Positions 1-10,396 are shown, counted from the stretch's first letter. The stretch: 64,000 nt of DNA from Escherichia coli (GCF_024502345.1 NZ_JALDNN010000001.1), one strand, 5' to 3'. The notes: generated from the sequence alone by a model not told the origin. Program-made: numbers and translations.

Positions 1-61
1 GTTCAACAACGCCATTCTGGCGAGTGAAATTGCCAAAGAATACCAGCATCTCGCGGGTTAA
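1..61 (+). CDS. psuG: 3' end of pseudouridine-5'-phosphate glycosidase gene (partial, runs off window start)
   Basis: Open frame from nt 2 ending ...FNNAILASEIAKEYQHLAG then TAA at 59-61. Sits directly upstream of psuT as in the K-12 psuK-psuG-psuT operon. Only 19 codons are visible, so identity rests mostly on synteny. Confidence 0.5.
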   Translation, partial: FNNAILASEIAKEYQHLAG

Positions 62-90
62 TTTCTGACGGGCAGAAAGCCGTCGCCCGT
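61..90 (+). promoter_or_regulatory. Conserved leader block with alternative hairpins upstream of psuT
   Basis: 28-nt block atttctgacgggcagaaagccgtcgccc (61-88) recurs 27/28 upstream of nupX (3292-3319) while flanking intergenic DNA diverges. Helix ACGGGC(68-73)/GCCCGT(85-90); alternative helix GACGG(67-71)/CCGTC(80-84). Confidence 0.35.
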
Positions 91-154
91 ACTCATCAAG
101 CATACCAAAACCTGGCGCTGACGCCGGGTTTACTGGCATGAAGGGAAAATCATT

Positions 155-1405
155 ATGGATATAATGAGAAGTGTTGTGGGGATGGTGGTGTTACTGGCAA
201 TAGCATTTCTGTTGTCAGTGAATAAAAAGAGCATCAGTTTGCGCACGGTTGGAGCCGCACTGCTGCTGCAAATCGCTATTGGTGGCATCATGCTCTACTT
301 CCCACCGGGAAAGTGGGCAGTAGAACAGGCGGCATTAGGCGTTCATAAAGTGATGTCTTACAGTGATGCCGGTAGCGCCTTCATTTTTGGTTCGCTGGTT
401 GGGCCGAAAATGGATGTCCTGTTTGACGGTGCGGGTTTTATCTTCGCCTTTCGCGTACTTCCGGCGATTATTTTCGTTACTGCGCTCATCAGTCTGCTGT
501 ACTACATTGGCGTGATGGGGCTGCTGATTCGCATCCTTGGCAGCATTTTCCAGAAAGCTCTTAACATCAGCAAAATCGAATCTTTTGTCGCAGTCACAAC
601 TATTTTCCTCGGGCAAAATGAGATCCCGGCGATCGTTAAACCGTTTATCGATCGCATGAATCGCAACGAGTTGTTTACCGCAATTTGTAGCGGGATGGCG
701 TCCATTGCTGGTTCGATGATGATTGGTTATGCTGGAATGGGCGTACCAATTGACTACCTGTTAGCGGCATCGCTGATGGCGATCCCAGGTGGTATTTTGT
801 TTGCACGTATTCTTAGCCCGGCCACCGAGCCTTCGCAGGTCACATTTGAAAATCTGTCGTTCAGCGAAACGCCGCCAAAAAGCTTTATCGAAGCGGCGGC
901 GAGCGGTGCGATGACCGGGCTGAAAATCGCCGCTGGTGTAGCGACGGTGGTAATGGCGTTTGTCGCAATTATTGCGCTGATCAACGGCATTATCGGCGGA
1001 ATTGGTGGCTGGTTTGGTTTCGCCAATGCCTCTCTGGAAAGTATTTTTGGCTATGTGCTGGCACCGCTGGCGTGGATCATGGGTGTGGACTGGAGTGATG
1101 CCAATCTTGCGGGTAGCCTGATTGGGCAGAAACTGGCGATTAACGAATTCGTCGCTTACCTGAGTTTCTCCCCATACCTGCAAACGGGCGGCACGCTGGA
1201 AGTGAAAACCATTGCGATTATCTCCTTTGCGCTTTGTGGTTTTGCTAACTTTGGTTCTATCGGTGTTGTCGTTGGCGCATTTTCGGCTATTTCGCCAAAA
1301 CGTGCTCCAGAAATCGCCCAGCTTGGTTTACGGGCGCTGGCAGCAGCAACGCTTTCCAACCTGATGAGTGCGACTATTGCCGGGTTCTTTATTGGTCTGG
1401 CGTAA
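155..1405 (+). CDS. psuT: NupC/CNT-family nucleoside (putative pseudouridine) transporter
   Basis: 416-aa polytopic membrane ORF. Very similar (roughly 85-90% by eye, not computed) to the ORF at 3345-4595. Position between psuG and yeiL matches K-12 psuT (yeiM), remembered as 416 aa. Confidence 0.9.
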   Translation: MDIMRSVVGMVVLLAIAFLLSVNKKSISLRTVGAALLLQIAIGGIMLYFPPGKWAVEQAALGVHKVMSYSDAGSAFIFGSLVGPKMDVLFDGAGFIFAFRVLPAIIFVTALISLLYYIGVMGLLIRILGSIFQKALNISKIESFVAVTTIFLGQNEIPAIVKPFIDRMNRNELFTAICSGMASIAGSMMIGYAGMGVPIDYLLAASLMAIPGGILFARILSPATEPSQVTFENLSFSETPPKSFIEAAASGAMTGLKIAAGVATVVMAFVAIIALINGIIGGIGGWFGFANASLESIFGYVLAPLAWIMGVDWSDANLAGSLIGQKLAINEFVAYLSFSPYLQTGGTLEVKTIAIISFALCGFANFGSIGVVVGAFSAISPKRAPEIAQLGLRALAAATLSNLMSATIAGFFIGLA

Positions 1406-1414
1406 TGCTCGATT

Positions 1415-1454
1415 TGTAGACCGGATAAAACGTATTAAGCGTTGCATCCGGCAA
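1415..1454. repeat. REP (repetitive extragenic palindrome) element
   Basis: tgtagaccggataaaacg...gcgttgcatccggca, the typical REP dyad immediately after the psuT stop. Confidence 0.8.
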
Positions 1455-1475
1455 TCGCGCTATTGCAAATAATTT

Positions 1476-2135
1476 TTACTGCATCATCCCGGAGAATTTA
1501 TTCTCCGGGTCCATCTCCAGCGCCAGTCCTGACAACTGCTTTCTGTTTTTAATGAGATACCCTTTCTTGCTTTTAGTTAATAAACCGTCGTGAATGAATT
1601 GCGCGAGAACATATAAAAGATGTCGATAAGAAACGCCTAAATACTCTGCCGCTTGCGTATGCTTTTCGTGATAAAGATCACCTTCCTGCGAGAGTAATAT
1701 AAAAGCTGCCAGGCGATTAACTAACGGAAATGATTGATTCTGAGTTAAAGAAACAATATTACGATAATTTTTATGACTTAAGGTGACGCAGAGTTTTCGT
1801 AAAAATAGCGTGTCGTTTAATAACAGCGGGCGGTAATGTTTCATAGAGAGCGCAAGGCACCAACACTCTTCAATAGCCTGCACCGCACGCGGTTCATGGT
1901 CTTTGTCGATTAACTCAATCTCACCAATAAAACAGGGGGCGGCAAAGAAATCGATCAGCGACACGCGACCATTAGCAAGCGTGGCGTAAAGCCTGGCGCG
2001 GCCTCGCGTCAGATAAAACAGCCAGGACGGCTGTTGCCCTTCCTGCACAATGTAGTCACGCGCTAAAAAATGAAACAGCCGCGTATCGGCTGAAACATCC
2101 GTTAAAAAGCAATCCTTAAACGCGGATTCACTCAT
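1476..2135 (-). CDS. yeiL: Crp/Fnr-family transcriptional regulator YeiL
   Basis: ORF track 1476..2174. Trimmed to the internal Met [13 protein letters not shown], giving 219 aa, the K-12 YeiL length as remembered. C-terminal HTH ([16 protein letters not shown]). Confidence 0.85.
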   Translation of the reverse strand: MSESAFKDCFLTDVSADTRLFHFLARDYIVQEGQQPSWLFYLTRGRARLYATLANGRVSLIDFFAAPCFIGEIELIDKDHEPRAVQAIEECWCLALSMKHYRPLLLNDTLFLRKLCVTLSHKNYRNIVSLTQNQSFPLVNRLAAFILLSQEGDLYHEKHTQAAEYLGVSYRHLLYVLAQFIHDGLLTKSKKGYLIKNRKQLSGLALEMDPENKFSGMMQ

Positions 2136-2187
2136 CAATTGCAGCTTAAGATCATTATTGTGGATTTCTTTCACGATGTTTATCCGC

Positions 2188-2203
2188 TGTGAGATTTCTC
2201 ATA
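2188..2203. promoter_or_regulatory. CRP/FNR-like dyad in the yeiL-rihB divergent region
   Basis: TGTGA-gatttc-TCATA, 9/10 match to the TGTGA-N6-TCACA core. Lies 53 nt upstream of the yeiL start. Confidence 0.3.
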
Positions 2204-2303
2204 TTTAGCATACGTACGCTGTTGTTAAGATTCAATCATCGGCCCGGTCGAATTTTCTTTGCTGTAGAAAAAATAACGCAACTGGAAACAGAGGAAATAA
2301 ACA

Positions 2304-3245
2304 ATGGAAAAGAGAAAAATTATTCTGGATTGTGATCCGGGTCATGATGATGCTATTGCAATGATGATGGCAGCGAAACATCCGGCGATTGATTTATTAG
2401 GCATCACTATTGTAGCGGGTAATCAGACGCTTGATAAAACATTAATTAATGGCCTGAATGTTTGCCAGAAACTGGAGATTAATGTTCCGGTTTATGCGGG
2501 GATGCCGCAACCCATTATGCGTCAACAAATCGTTGCCGATAATATTCACGGTGAAACCGGACTGGATGGCCCGGTATTCGAGCCGCTGACCCGCCAGGCA
2601 GAAAGTACCCACGCGGTGAAATACATCATTGATACCCTGATGGCAAGCGATGGCGATATCACTCTGGTGCCGGTTGGTCCGCTTTCAAATATCGCGGTGG
2701 CAATGCGTATGCAACCCGCGATCCTGCCCAAAATCCGTGAAATTGTGCTAATGGGCGGCGCTTACGGTACAGGCAACTTCACGCCATCTGCCGAGTTCAA
2801 CATCTTTGCTGACCCGGAAGCCGCACGCGTGGTGTTCACCTCCGGCGTTCCATTAGTGATGATGGGCCTCGATCTTACCAACCAGACCGTTTGCACCCCG
2901 GACGTAATTGCTCGGATGGAAAGGGCAGGCGGCCCTGCCGGAGAGCTGTTCAGCGACATCATGAACTTCACTCTCAAAACGCAGTTCGAAAACTACGGCC
3001 TGGCTGGCGGCCCGGTGCACGACGCCACCTGCATCGGTTATCTGATTAACCCTGATGGCATTAAAACCCAGGAGATGTACGTCGAAGTGGACGTCAACAG
3101 TGGCCCTTGCTATGGGCGTACCGTCTGCGACGAGCTGGGCGTTCTTGGCAAGCCCGCTAATACCAAAGTCGGCATCACTATTGATACCGACTGGTTCTGG
3201 GGCTTAGTCGAAGAGTGCGTGCGCGGCTACATCAAAACCCATTAA
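2304..3245 (+). CDS. rihB: Pyrimidine-specific ribonucleoside hydrolase
   Basis: 313-aa ORF with the N-terminal DCDPGHDDA nucleoside-hydrolase aspartate motif. Synteny with K-12 rihB (yeiK). Confidence 0.92.
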   Translation: MEKRKIILDCDPGHDDAIAMMMAAKHPAIDLLGITIVAGNQTLDKTLINGLNVCQKLEINVPVYAGMPQPIMRQQIVADNIHGETGLDGPVFEPLTRQAESTHAVKYIIDTLMASDGDITLVPVGPLSNIAVAMRMQPAILPKIREIVLMGGAYGTGNFTPSAEFNIFADPEAARVVFTSGVPLVMMGLDLTNQTVCTPDVIARMERAGGPAGELFSDIMNFTLKTQFENYGLAGGPVHDATCIGYLINPDGIKTQEMYVEVDVNSGPCYGRTVCDELGVLGKPANTKVGITIDTDWFWGLVEECVRGYIKTH

Positions 3246-3258
3246 GTGTTGATAACAA

Positions 3259-3297
3259 GCCGGGTCAGTATCGCAAGATCCAAGCCCGGCTATTTCT
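3259..3297 (+). terminator. Putative rihB terminator hairpin
   Basis: GCCGGG(3259-3264)...CCCGGC(3285-3290) followed by tatttct. Confidence 0.45.
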
Positions 3298-3321
3298 GAT
3301 GGGCAGAAAGCCGTCGCCCAA
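3292..3321 (+). promoter_or_regulatory. Second copy of the conserved leader block/hairpin, upstream of nupX
   Basis: atttctgatgggcagaaagccgtcgccc (3292-3319). The helix is kept by a paired change relative to copy 1 (C:G becomes T:A). Confidence 0.35.
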
Positions 3322-3344
3322 TATGACATGAAGAGATAATAACT

Positions 3345-4595
3345 ATGGATGTCATGAGAAGTGTTCTGGGAATGGTGGTATTGCTGACGATTGCGTTTTT
3401 ACTGTCAGTAAACAAGAAGAAGATCAGCCTGCGTACCGTTGGCGCGGCGTTAGTGTTACAGGTCGTGATTGGCGGGATTATGCTTTGGTTACCGCCAGGG
3501 TGTTGGGTCGCTGAAAAAGTCGCTTTTGGCGTGCATAAAGTGATGGCGTACAGCGACGCGGGTAGCGCATTTATCTTCGGTTCGCTGGTCGGGCCGAAAA
3601 TGGACACGCTGTTTGATGGCGCAGGATTTATCTTTGGTTTCAGAGTGTTACCGGCAATTATCTTCGTCACCGCGCTGGTGAGTATTCTCTATTACATCGG
3701 TGTGATGGGGATCTTAATTCGCATTCTCGGCGGTATATTCCAGAAAGCATTAAATATCAGCAAGATCGAGTCATTCGTCGCGGTCACTACCATTTTCCTC
3801 GGGCAAAACGAAATTCCGGCAATCGTCAAACCCTTTATCGATCGTCTGAATCGCAATGAATTATTTACAGCGATTTGTAGTGGCATGGCCTCGATTGCTG
3901 GTTCGACAATGATTGGTTACGCCGCACTGGGCGTACCTGTGGAATATTTGCTGGCGGCATCGTTAATGGCGATCCCAGGCGGAATCTTGTTTGCCCGCCT
4001 GTTAAGCCCGGCTACGGAATCTTCGCAGGTTTCTTTTAATAACCTCTCTTTCACCGAAACACCGCCAAAAAGCATTATTGAAGCCGCCGCGACAGGGGCA
4101 ATGACCGGGCTGAAAATCGCCGCAGGTGTGGCGACAGTAGTGATGGCATTTGTCGCCATCATTGCGTTAATTAACGGTATTATCGGCGGCGTTGGCGGCT
4201 GGTTTGGTTTTGAACATGCCTCGCTGGAGTCCATTTTAGGTTATCTGCTGGCCCCACTGGCGTGGGTAATGGGTGTTGACTGGAGTGATGCGAATCTTGC
4301 CGGGAGTTTGATTGGACAGAAACTGGCAATAAATGAATTTGTCGCTTATCTCAATTTCTCACCCTATCTGCAAACGGCTGGCACTCTGGATGCTAAAACC
4401 GTGGCGATTATTTCCTTCGCGTTGTGCGGTTTCGCTAACTTTGGTTCTATCGGGGTGGTGGTGGGGGCGTTTTCTGCGGTTGCACCACACCGTGCGCCGG
4501 AAATCGCCCAGCTTGGTTTACGCGCGCTGGCGGCGGCGACACTTTCTAACCTGATGAGTGCCACCATTGCCGGGTTCTTTATTGGTTTAGCGTAG
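3345..4595 (+). CDS. nupX: NupC/CNT-family nucleoside transporter
   Basis: 416-aa ORF paralogous to psuT. Position between rihB and yeiI matches K-12 nupX (yeiJ). Confidence 0.9.
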   Translation: MDVMRSVLGMVVLLTIAFLLSVNKKKISLRTVGAALVLQVVIGGIMLWLPPGCWVAEKVAFGVHKVMAYSDAGSAFIFGSLVGPKMDTLFDGAGFIFGFRVLPAIIFVTALVSILYYIGVMGILIRILGGIFQKALNISKIESFVAVTTIFLGQNEIPAIVKPFIDRLNRNELFTAICSGMASIAGSTMIGYAALGVPVEYLLAASLMAIPGGILFARLLSPATESSQVSFNNLSFTETPPKSIIEAAATGAMTGLKIAAGVATVVMAFVAIIALINGIIGGVGGWFGFEHASLESILGYLLAPLAWVMGVDWSDANLAGSLIGQKLAINEFVAYLNFSPYLQTAGTLDAKTVAIISFALCGFANFGSIGVVVGAFSAVAPHRAPEIAQLGLRALAAATLSNLMSATIAGFFIGLA

Positions 4596-4605
4596 TGTGC
4601 GATTT

Positions 4606-4645
4606 ATGAGCCGGATAAGATGCGGTCAAGCGTCGAATCCGGCAA
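4606..4645. repeat. REP element
   Basis: atgagccggataagatgcg...cgtcgaatccggca directly after the nupX stop. Equivalent to the REP after psuT. Confidence 0.75.
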
Positions 4646-4650
4646 CATTG

Positions 4651-5739
4651 TTACACCATTGGCACTAATGAAAGCGCGTTATCGGCAGACAGGGTAGGGT
4701 TGTTTAAGCTGCCGCTGGCGCGTGAAATTGCCGCGCAGGCTACCGCAAAACGGGCGCTGTCGCGGAAACTGTATCCTTCAAGAAAGCTATATACCAGGCC
4801 CGCCATAAAACCATCGTCAGCACCAAAACTGTCTACTGTCGTATGCGCTGGCGCGGTCAGCAAAAATTGTTCTCCATCCTTTTCGCTGCAATAAACTGAC
4901 TCATCGGGCAAATAAACAAACAGTTGCTGAACACCTTGCTGATGCAACGCATTCACTGCAGCATTACGGTCAGCATCGCTGGTGATCGCCTGTCCCCATA
5001 AAATTTCCAGCTCCGGTAAAGTGGGTTTCAGGGTGTGAATATGCGCCAGCCAGTGTTTGATTTTGCCCGCTTTGAATTCTGAAACGGTATCGACAAACAC
5101 CGGGATCTCATCAGCGAGGGTAAAGACCCATTCCAGCGCCTCGGCTGTCAGGTTGCAATCAGCCAGTACCACGCCCGCATGACGAAGTAAATCGCGCGAC
5201 CCGTTCAGTAGTTGCGGTGTCAACTGTTCCAGCAGATGGGTATCGTTAATCGCCAGCACGGTTTGATCGTCTCGATTGGCAATTGCCAGATACGTCGATG
5301 TGCTTTGACCATGCAAACGAACGCAGCCGGAGACATTCACGCCGGCGCGGCGCGTTTCTTCCAGGAGCATTTCGCCATAAAAGTCATCGCCAATCACTGA
5401 AAGCAAATGGACGTCACGGCCTAACAGCGCCAGATTGTGGGCGATATTGCGTCCAACGCCGCCTGCCGAGCAATGAATTGTACCGGGATGAGAAGCCGCT
5501 TGCGGGTAATGGATATCCGCCATCCCGCGAATATCCATATTGATTGTCCCCACCACTACGCAGTATTCCTGCTCGGTGAGAATGTAACCTTTGCCTTTAA
5601 TCCGGCCTTTGCGCATTAAATCCATAATATGCGCCGCAACGCGCGAACGACTGATTTGCAGCATGTTCGCAATTTCGTTCTGCTGAATCAGCGGGTTACG
5701 CCGTAAAATTGCAAGGATCTCCTTTTCCCGGTTATTCAT
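4651..5739 (-). CDS. yeiI: PfkB-family sugar/nucleoside kinase with N-terminal HTH
   Basis: 362-aa ORF. N-terminal winged-helix (EILAILRRNPLIQQNEIANMLQISRSRV) followed by a ribokinase-like core (GGVGRNIA; C-terminal DSFGADDGF). Synteny with K-12 yeiI. Confidence 0.88.
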   Translation of the reverse strand: MNNREKEILAILRRNPLIQQNEIANMLQISRSRVAAHIMDLMRKGRIKGKGYILTEQEYCVVVGTINMDIRGMADIHYPQAASHPGTIHCSAGGVGRNIAHNLALLGRDVHLLSVIGDDFYGEMLLEETRRAGVNVSGCVRLHGQSTSTYLAIANRDDQTVLAINDTHLLEQLTPQLLNGSRDLLRHAGVVLADCNLTAEALEWVFTLADEIPVFVDTVSEFKAGKIKHWLAHIHTLKPTLPELEILWGQAITSDADRNAAVNALHQQGVQQLFVYLPDESVYCSEKDGEQFLLTAPAHTTVDSFGADDGFMAGLVYSFLEGYSFRDSARFAVACAAISRASGSLNNPTLSADNALSLVPMV

Positions 5740-5741
5740 CT

Positions 5742-6599
5742 TCAGGCTACCGCTTTTTCAGTTTGTTGCGCTTTCAGCCAGGCGATCTCTTCTGCCCAGA
5801 TATCCGGGTTGATGGTTTCAAGGATCAGCGGAATGCCGTCGAAACGGTCGTCCTGCATGATCCAGCGGAACGCATCATGACCGATATTGCCTTCACCGAG
5901 GCTATGATGGCGGTCAACGCGGCTGCCAAAGGTGCTTTTCGCATCGTTAAGGTGCATCCCGCGCAGATACTTAAAGCCGACAATACGGGCAAAATCAGCG
6001 AACGTTTTCTCGCATTCGGCTGGAGTACGCAAATCATACCCGGCAGCGAAAGCATGGCAGGTATCAATGCAGACGCCGACGCGGGATTTATCTTCCACGC
6101 CGTCGATAATCGCCGCGAGATGTTCGAATTTAAACCCTAAGTTACTGCCCTGACCGGCGGTGTTTTCAATCACCGCGGTCACACCTTGAGTTTTATCCAG
6201 CGCAATGTTGATGGATTCGGCAATACGCGCAAGGCAATCCTCTTCTGAAATCTGCATCAGATGGCTGCCAGGGTGGAAGTTGAGCAAAGAAAGCCCCAGC
6301 TGTTCGCAACGCTGCATTTCATCTATAAAGGCATCGCGCGATTTTTCCAGAGCTTCAGTGACCGGATGTCCGAGGTTAATCAGATAACTGTCGTGGGGAA
6401 GAATTTGCGCCGATGTGTAGTGATATTTTTCACAGGCGGCTTTGAATTCATCGATGGTTTGCGTCGTGAGCGGTGCGGCACGCCACTGACGTTGGTTTTT
6501 GGTGAACAAGGCAAACGCGGTTGCGTCGATTTCGGCGGCGCGAATTGCGGCATTTGCCAGACCGCCAGCAGCACTAACGTGCGCTCCAATGTATTTCAT
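5742..6599 (-). CDS. nfo: Endonuclease IV
   Basis: 285-aa [42 protein letters not shown], recognised as E. coli Nfo. The stop lies 2 nt before the yeiI start. Confidence 0.97.
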   Translation of the reverse strand: MKYIGAHVSAAGGLANAAIRAAEIDATAFALFTKNQRQWRAAPLTTQTIDEFKAACEKYHYTSAQILPHDSYLINLGHPVTEALEKSRDAFIDEMQRCEQLGLSLLNFHPGSHLMQISEEDCLARIAESINIALDKTQGVTAVIENTAGQGSNLGFKFEHLAAIIDGVEDKSRVGVCIDTCHAFAAGYDLRTPAECEKTFADFARIVGFKYLRGMHLNDAKSTFGSRVDRHHSLGEGNIGHDAFRWIMQDDRFDGIPLILETINPDIWAEEIAWLKAQQTEKAVA

Positions 6600-6606
6600 G
6601 CGAGGA

Positions 6607-6658
6607 CTCCTGTTAAACCCGCTGGAGGAAAACGGTAATGATAGCGGGTTAACAGGAG
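6607..6658 (-). promoter_or_regulatory. 16-bp hairpin between yeiH stop and nfo start that contains the nfo Shine-Dalgarno
   Basis: Arms 6607-6623 (ctcctgttaaacccgct) and 6643-6658 (agcgggttaacaggag) pair over 16 bp with one bulged A. On the minus-strand RNA the AGGAG located 7 nt upstream of the nfo AUG is part of the 3' arm. Confidence 0.5.
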
Positions 6659-6672
6659 CAAGATGTAGTGGT

Positions 6673-7722
6673 TTATGCGATGACGCTTTGAATCACATAG
6701 TTAATCGCACCACCACCAACAATCAGCCAGGCAAACAGAACCAGTGCCATCAGCAGAGGTTTCGCCCCGGCTTTTTTCAGCGCGCTGACGTGAGTGGTCA
6801 GACCCAGCGCCGCCATCGCCATTGCCAGCAGGAAGGTATCCAGCGTTACCAGCATGTTCACCACGCTCTGCGGTAACAGGTGGAACGAGTTAAAGATGGC
6901 AACTACGATGAACAAGATGGCAAACCACGGAATAGTGATTTTGCTTTTCTCGCCGCTGTTCGCCCCAGACAGCTGTTTAACACGCGCCGCCAGCAGGATG
7001 AGGAACGGAGCCAGCATCATCACGCGCAGCATTTTGGAAATAACTGCTGCGTTTTCCGCATCCGGGCTGATGGCATGACCTGCCGCCACCACCTGCGCCA
7101 CTTCGTGCACAGTAGAACCAATGTAGATACCGAAAGTTTCCGGACTAAACCATTGAGACATCAGCGGATATATCGCCGGGTAGAGGAAAATCGCGATGGT
7201 CCCGAAGATAACAACGGTTGCAACAGCCACGGTTACTTTACTGGCTTCCGCTTTCACTACCGGCTCAGTCGCCAGTACCGCGGCAGCACCACAGATACTG
7301 CTACCGGCACCGATCAACCAGCTGGTGTGCTTATCCAGACCAAACACTTTCTGCCCCAGGAAGCAAGCCAGCAGGAAGGTACTGGACAGCGTCAACACGT
7401 CAATGATGATCCCACTGATACCGACATCGGCAATTTGCGAGAACGTCAGACGGAAGCCATAAAGAATGATACCCAGACGTAATAAATATTGCTTGGCAAA
7501 CAGCACACCACCGTCACAGCTTTTCCAGATGTGCGGATAGATGGTGTTGCCTAAAACCATCCCCAACAAGATTGCGAGGGTGAGGGCACTAAACCCGGCA
7601 CCCGCAACCGCGGGAATGGAACCACCCCACAGGGCGACCCCGGTGATAACTGCACTCAGGGCTAACCCCGGAATAAAATGCCACAGTGTACGATGTTGTT
7701 TCTGTAAGGTGATATTCGTCAT
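6673..7722 (-). CDS. yeiH: UPF0324-family inner membrane protein
   Basis: 349-aa polytopic ORF, divergent from the LysR gene yeiE as in K-12. Confidence 0.88.
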   Translation of the reverse strand: MTNITLQKQHRTLWHFIPGLALSAVITGVALWGGSIPAVAGAGFSALTLAILLGMVLGNTIYPHIWKSCDGGVLFAKQYLLRLGIILYGFRLTFSQIADVGISGIIIDVLTLSSTFLLACFLGQKVFGLDKHTSWLIGAGSSICGAAAVLATEPVVKAEASKVTVAVATVVIFGTIAIFLYPAIYPLMSQWFSPETFGIYIGSTVHEVAQVVAAGHAISPDAENAAVISKMLRVMMLAPFLILLAARVKQLSGANSGEKSKITIPWFAILFIVVAIFNSFHLLPQSVVNMLVTLDTFLLAMAMAALGLTTHVSALKKAGAKPLLMALVLFAWLIVGGGAINYVIQSVIA

Positions 7723-7788
7723 AACCCTCTCCTTTAACCGGGCATAAGGTTACGACTAACTGGTTTAAAAATAAAATTGATTATATAT

Positions 7789-7807
7789 TTATAATTAATC
7801 TTTATAA
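7789..7807. promoter_or_regulatory. LysR-type dyad (TTATA-N9-TATAA), candidate YeiE site
   Basis: Perfect 5-bp inverted arms spaced by 9 nt (T-N11-A type) in the yeiH-yeiE divergent region, 14 nt upstream of the yeiE ATG. Confidence 0.3.
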
Positions 7808-7820
7808 GTGGTAAGCGACT

Positions 7821-8702
7821 ATGCACATCACCCTCCGGCAGTTGGAAGTTTTTGCAGAAGTATTGAAAAGTGGATCAACCACCCAGGCGTCGGTGATGCT
7901 GGCGTTGTCGCAATCAGCAGTGAGCGCAGCCTTGACCGACCTGGAAGGGCAGCTTGGCGTGCAACTGTTTGATCGCGTGGGGAAAAGACTGGTTGTTAAT
8001 GAACACGGGCGGCTGCTCTATCCGCGTGCGTTGGCATTGCTTGAACAGGCGGTTGAAATCGAACAACTGTTTCGCGAAGACAACGGCGCGATTCGTATCT
8101 ATGCCAGTAGTACCATCGGTAACTACATTCTGCCTGCAGTTATCGCCCGTTATCGCCATGATTATCCGCAGTTGCCGATTGAACTTAGCGTTGGGAACAG
8201 CCAGGACGTGATGCAAGCGGTGCTGGATTTCCGCGTTGATATTGGCTTTATTGAAGGACCGTGCCACAGCACTGAAATCATTTCTGAACCGTGGCTGGAA
8301 GACGAGCTGGTGGTTTTCGCCGCGCCGACTTCGCCGTTGGCTCGTGGTCCGGTCACCTTAGAACAGCTGGCCGCTGCGCCGTGGATCCTGCGTGAACGCG
8401 GTTCCGGCACGCGGGAGATTGTCGATTATCTATTGCTGTCACATTTACCGAAGTTTGAGATGGCGATGGAATTAGGTAACTCCGAGGCAATCAAACATGC
8501 GGTGCGTCATGGGTTGGGAATTAGTTGCCTGTCGCGACGGGTGATTGAAGATCAATTGCAGGCAGGCACATTAAGTGAAGTTGCGGTCCCTCTGCCGCGC
8601 CTGATGCGTACGTTGTGGCGTATACATCATCGGCAAAAACACCTTTCCAACGCGCTACGGCGCTTTCTGGACTATTGCGATCCCGCGAATGTACCGCGTT
8701 AA
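7821..8702 (+). CDS. yeiE: LysR-family transcriptional regulator
   Basis: 293-aa ORF with an N-terminal LysR HTH ([38 protein letters not shown]). Confidence 0.9.
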
Positions 8703-8906
8703 GTTGCTGTACAAGAACATGCTGGTGCTGTGTCGATTTCGTGACGCAGCGCCCTCAGCATGCATTCGCCAGAAAAGAGATTGGCTGCTTTACTTATAAT
8801 CCCTGGGCGATCATGAAGGTGTCTTATAACCGTGTATTTCTGCCGGAAGGATTGCCAATCGTCTGCTACAATCGCGCCTCATTTTTAAGATGGATAGCAT
8901 TTTTGT

Positions 8907-10376
8907 ATGGTTTCCGAAACTAAAACCACAGAAGCGCCGGGCTTACGCCGTGAATTAAAGGCGCGTCACCTGACGATGATTGCCATTGGCGGTTCCATCG
9001 GTACAGGTCTTTTTGTTGCCTCTGGCGCAACGATTTCTCAGGCAGGTCCGGGCGGGGCATTGCTCTCGTATATGCTGATTGGCCTGATGGTTTACTTCCT
9101 GATGACCAGTCTCGGTGAACTGGCTGCATATATGCCGGTTTCCGGTTCGTTTGCCACTTACGGTCAGAACTATGTTGAAGAAGGCTTTGGCTTCGCGCTG
9201 GGCTGGAACTACTGGTACAACTGGGCGGTGACTATTGCCGTTGACCTGGTTGCAGCTCAGCTGGTCATGAGCTGGTGGTTCCCGGATACACCGGGCTGGA
9301 TCTGGAGTGCGTTGTTCCTCGGCGTTATCTTCCTGCTGAACTACATCTCTGTTCGCGGCTTTGGTGAAGCGGAATACTGGTTCTCACTGATCAAAGTCAC
9401 GACAGTTATTGTCTTTATCATCGTTGGCGTGCTGATGATTATCGGTATCTTCAAAGGCGCGCAGCCTGCGGGCTGGAGCAACTGGACAATCGGCGAAGCG
9501 CCGTTTGCTGGTGGTTTTGCGGCGATGATCGGCGTAGCTATGATTGTCGGCTTCTCTTTCCAGGGAACCGAGCTGATCGGTATTGCTGCAGGCGAGTCCG
9601 AAGATCCGGGGAAAAACATTCCACGCGCGGTACGTCAGGTGTTCTGGCGAATCCTGTTGTTCTATGTGTTCGCGATTCTGATTATCAGCCTGATTATTCC
9701 GTATACCGATCCGAGCCTGCTGCGTAACGATGTTAAAGACATCAGCGTCAGTCCGTTCACCCTGGTGTTCCAGCACGCGGGTCTGCTCTCTGCGGCGGCG
9801 GTGATGAACGCAGTTATTCTGACGGCGGTGCTGTCAGCAGGTAACTCCGGTATGTATGCGTCTACTCGTATGCTGTACACCCTGGCGTGTGACGGTAAAG
9901 CGCCGCGCATTTTCGCTAAATTGTCGCGTGGTGGCGTGCCGCGTAATGCGCTGTATGCGACGACGGTGATTGCCGGTTTGTGCTTCCTGACCTCCATGTT
10001 TGGCAACCAGACGGTATACCTGTGGCTGCTGAACACCTCCGGGATGACGGGTTTTATCGCCTGGCTGGGGATTGCCATTAGCCACTATCGCTTCCGTCGC
10101 GGTTACGTATTGCAGGGACACGACATTAACGATCTGCCGTACCGTTCAGGTTTCTTCCCACTGGGGCCGATCTTCGCATTCATTCTGTGTCTGATTATCA
10201 CTTTGGGCCAGAACTACGAAGCGTTCCTGAAAGATACCATTGACTGGGGCGGCGTAGCGGCAACGTATATTGGTATCCCGCTGTTCCTGATTATTTGGTT
10301 CGGCTACAAGCTGATTAAAGGAACTCACTTCGTACGCTACAGCGAAATGAAGTTCCCGCAGAACGATAAGAAATAA
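8907..10376 (+). CDS. lysP: Lysine-specific permease (APC family)
   Basis: 489-aa ORF beginning MVSETKTTEAPGLRRELKARHLTMIAIGG, recognised as LysP. Confidence 0.96.
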   Translation: MVSETKTTEAPGLRRELKARHLTMIAIGGSIGTGLFVASGATISQAGPGGALLSYMLIGLMVYFLMTSLGELAAYMPVSGSFATYGQNYVEEGFGFALGWNYWYNWAVTIAVDLVAAQLVMSWWFPDTPGWIWSALFLGVIFLLNYISVRGFGEAEYWFSLIKVTTVIVFIIVGVLMIIGIFKGAQPAGWSNWTIGEAPFAGGFAAMIGVAMIVGFSFQGTELIGIAAGESEDPGKNIPRAVRQVFWRILLFYVFAILIISLIIPYTDPSLLRNDVKDISVSPFTLVFQHAGLLSAAAVMNAVILTAVLSAGNSGMYASTRMLYTLACDGKAPRIFAKLSRGGVPRNALYATTVIAGLCFLTSMFGNQTVYLWLLNTSGMTGFIAWLGIAISHYRFRRGYVLQGHDINDLPYRSGFFPLGPIFAFILCLIITLGQNYEAFLKDTIDWGGVAATYIGIPLFLIIWFGYKLIKGTHFVRYSEMKFPQNDKK

Positions 10377-10396
10377 GTTTCCTCCCTTCCTTGCTA

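Noticed and set aside
8615-8923. 102-aa ORF spanning the yeiE 3' end and the lysP promoter region.
   Set aside because: It overlaps the yeiE coding end and the lysP start in another frame. It has no RBS and a Cys/Arg-rich, atypical composition.
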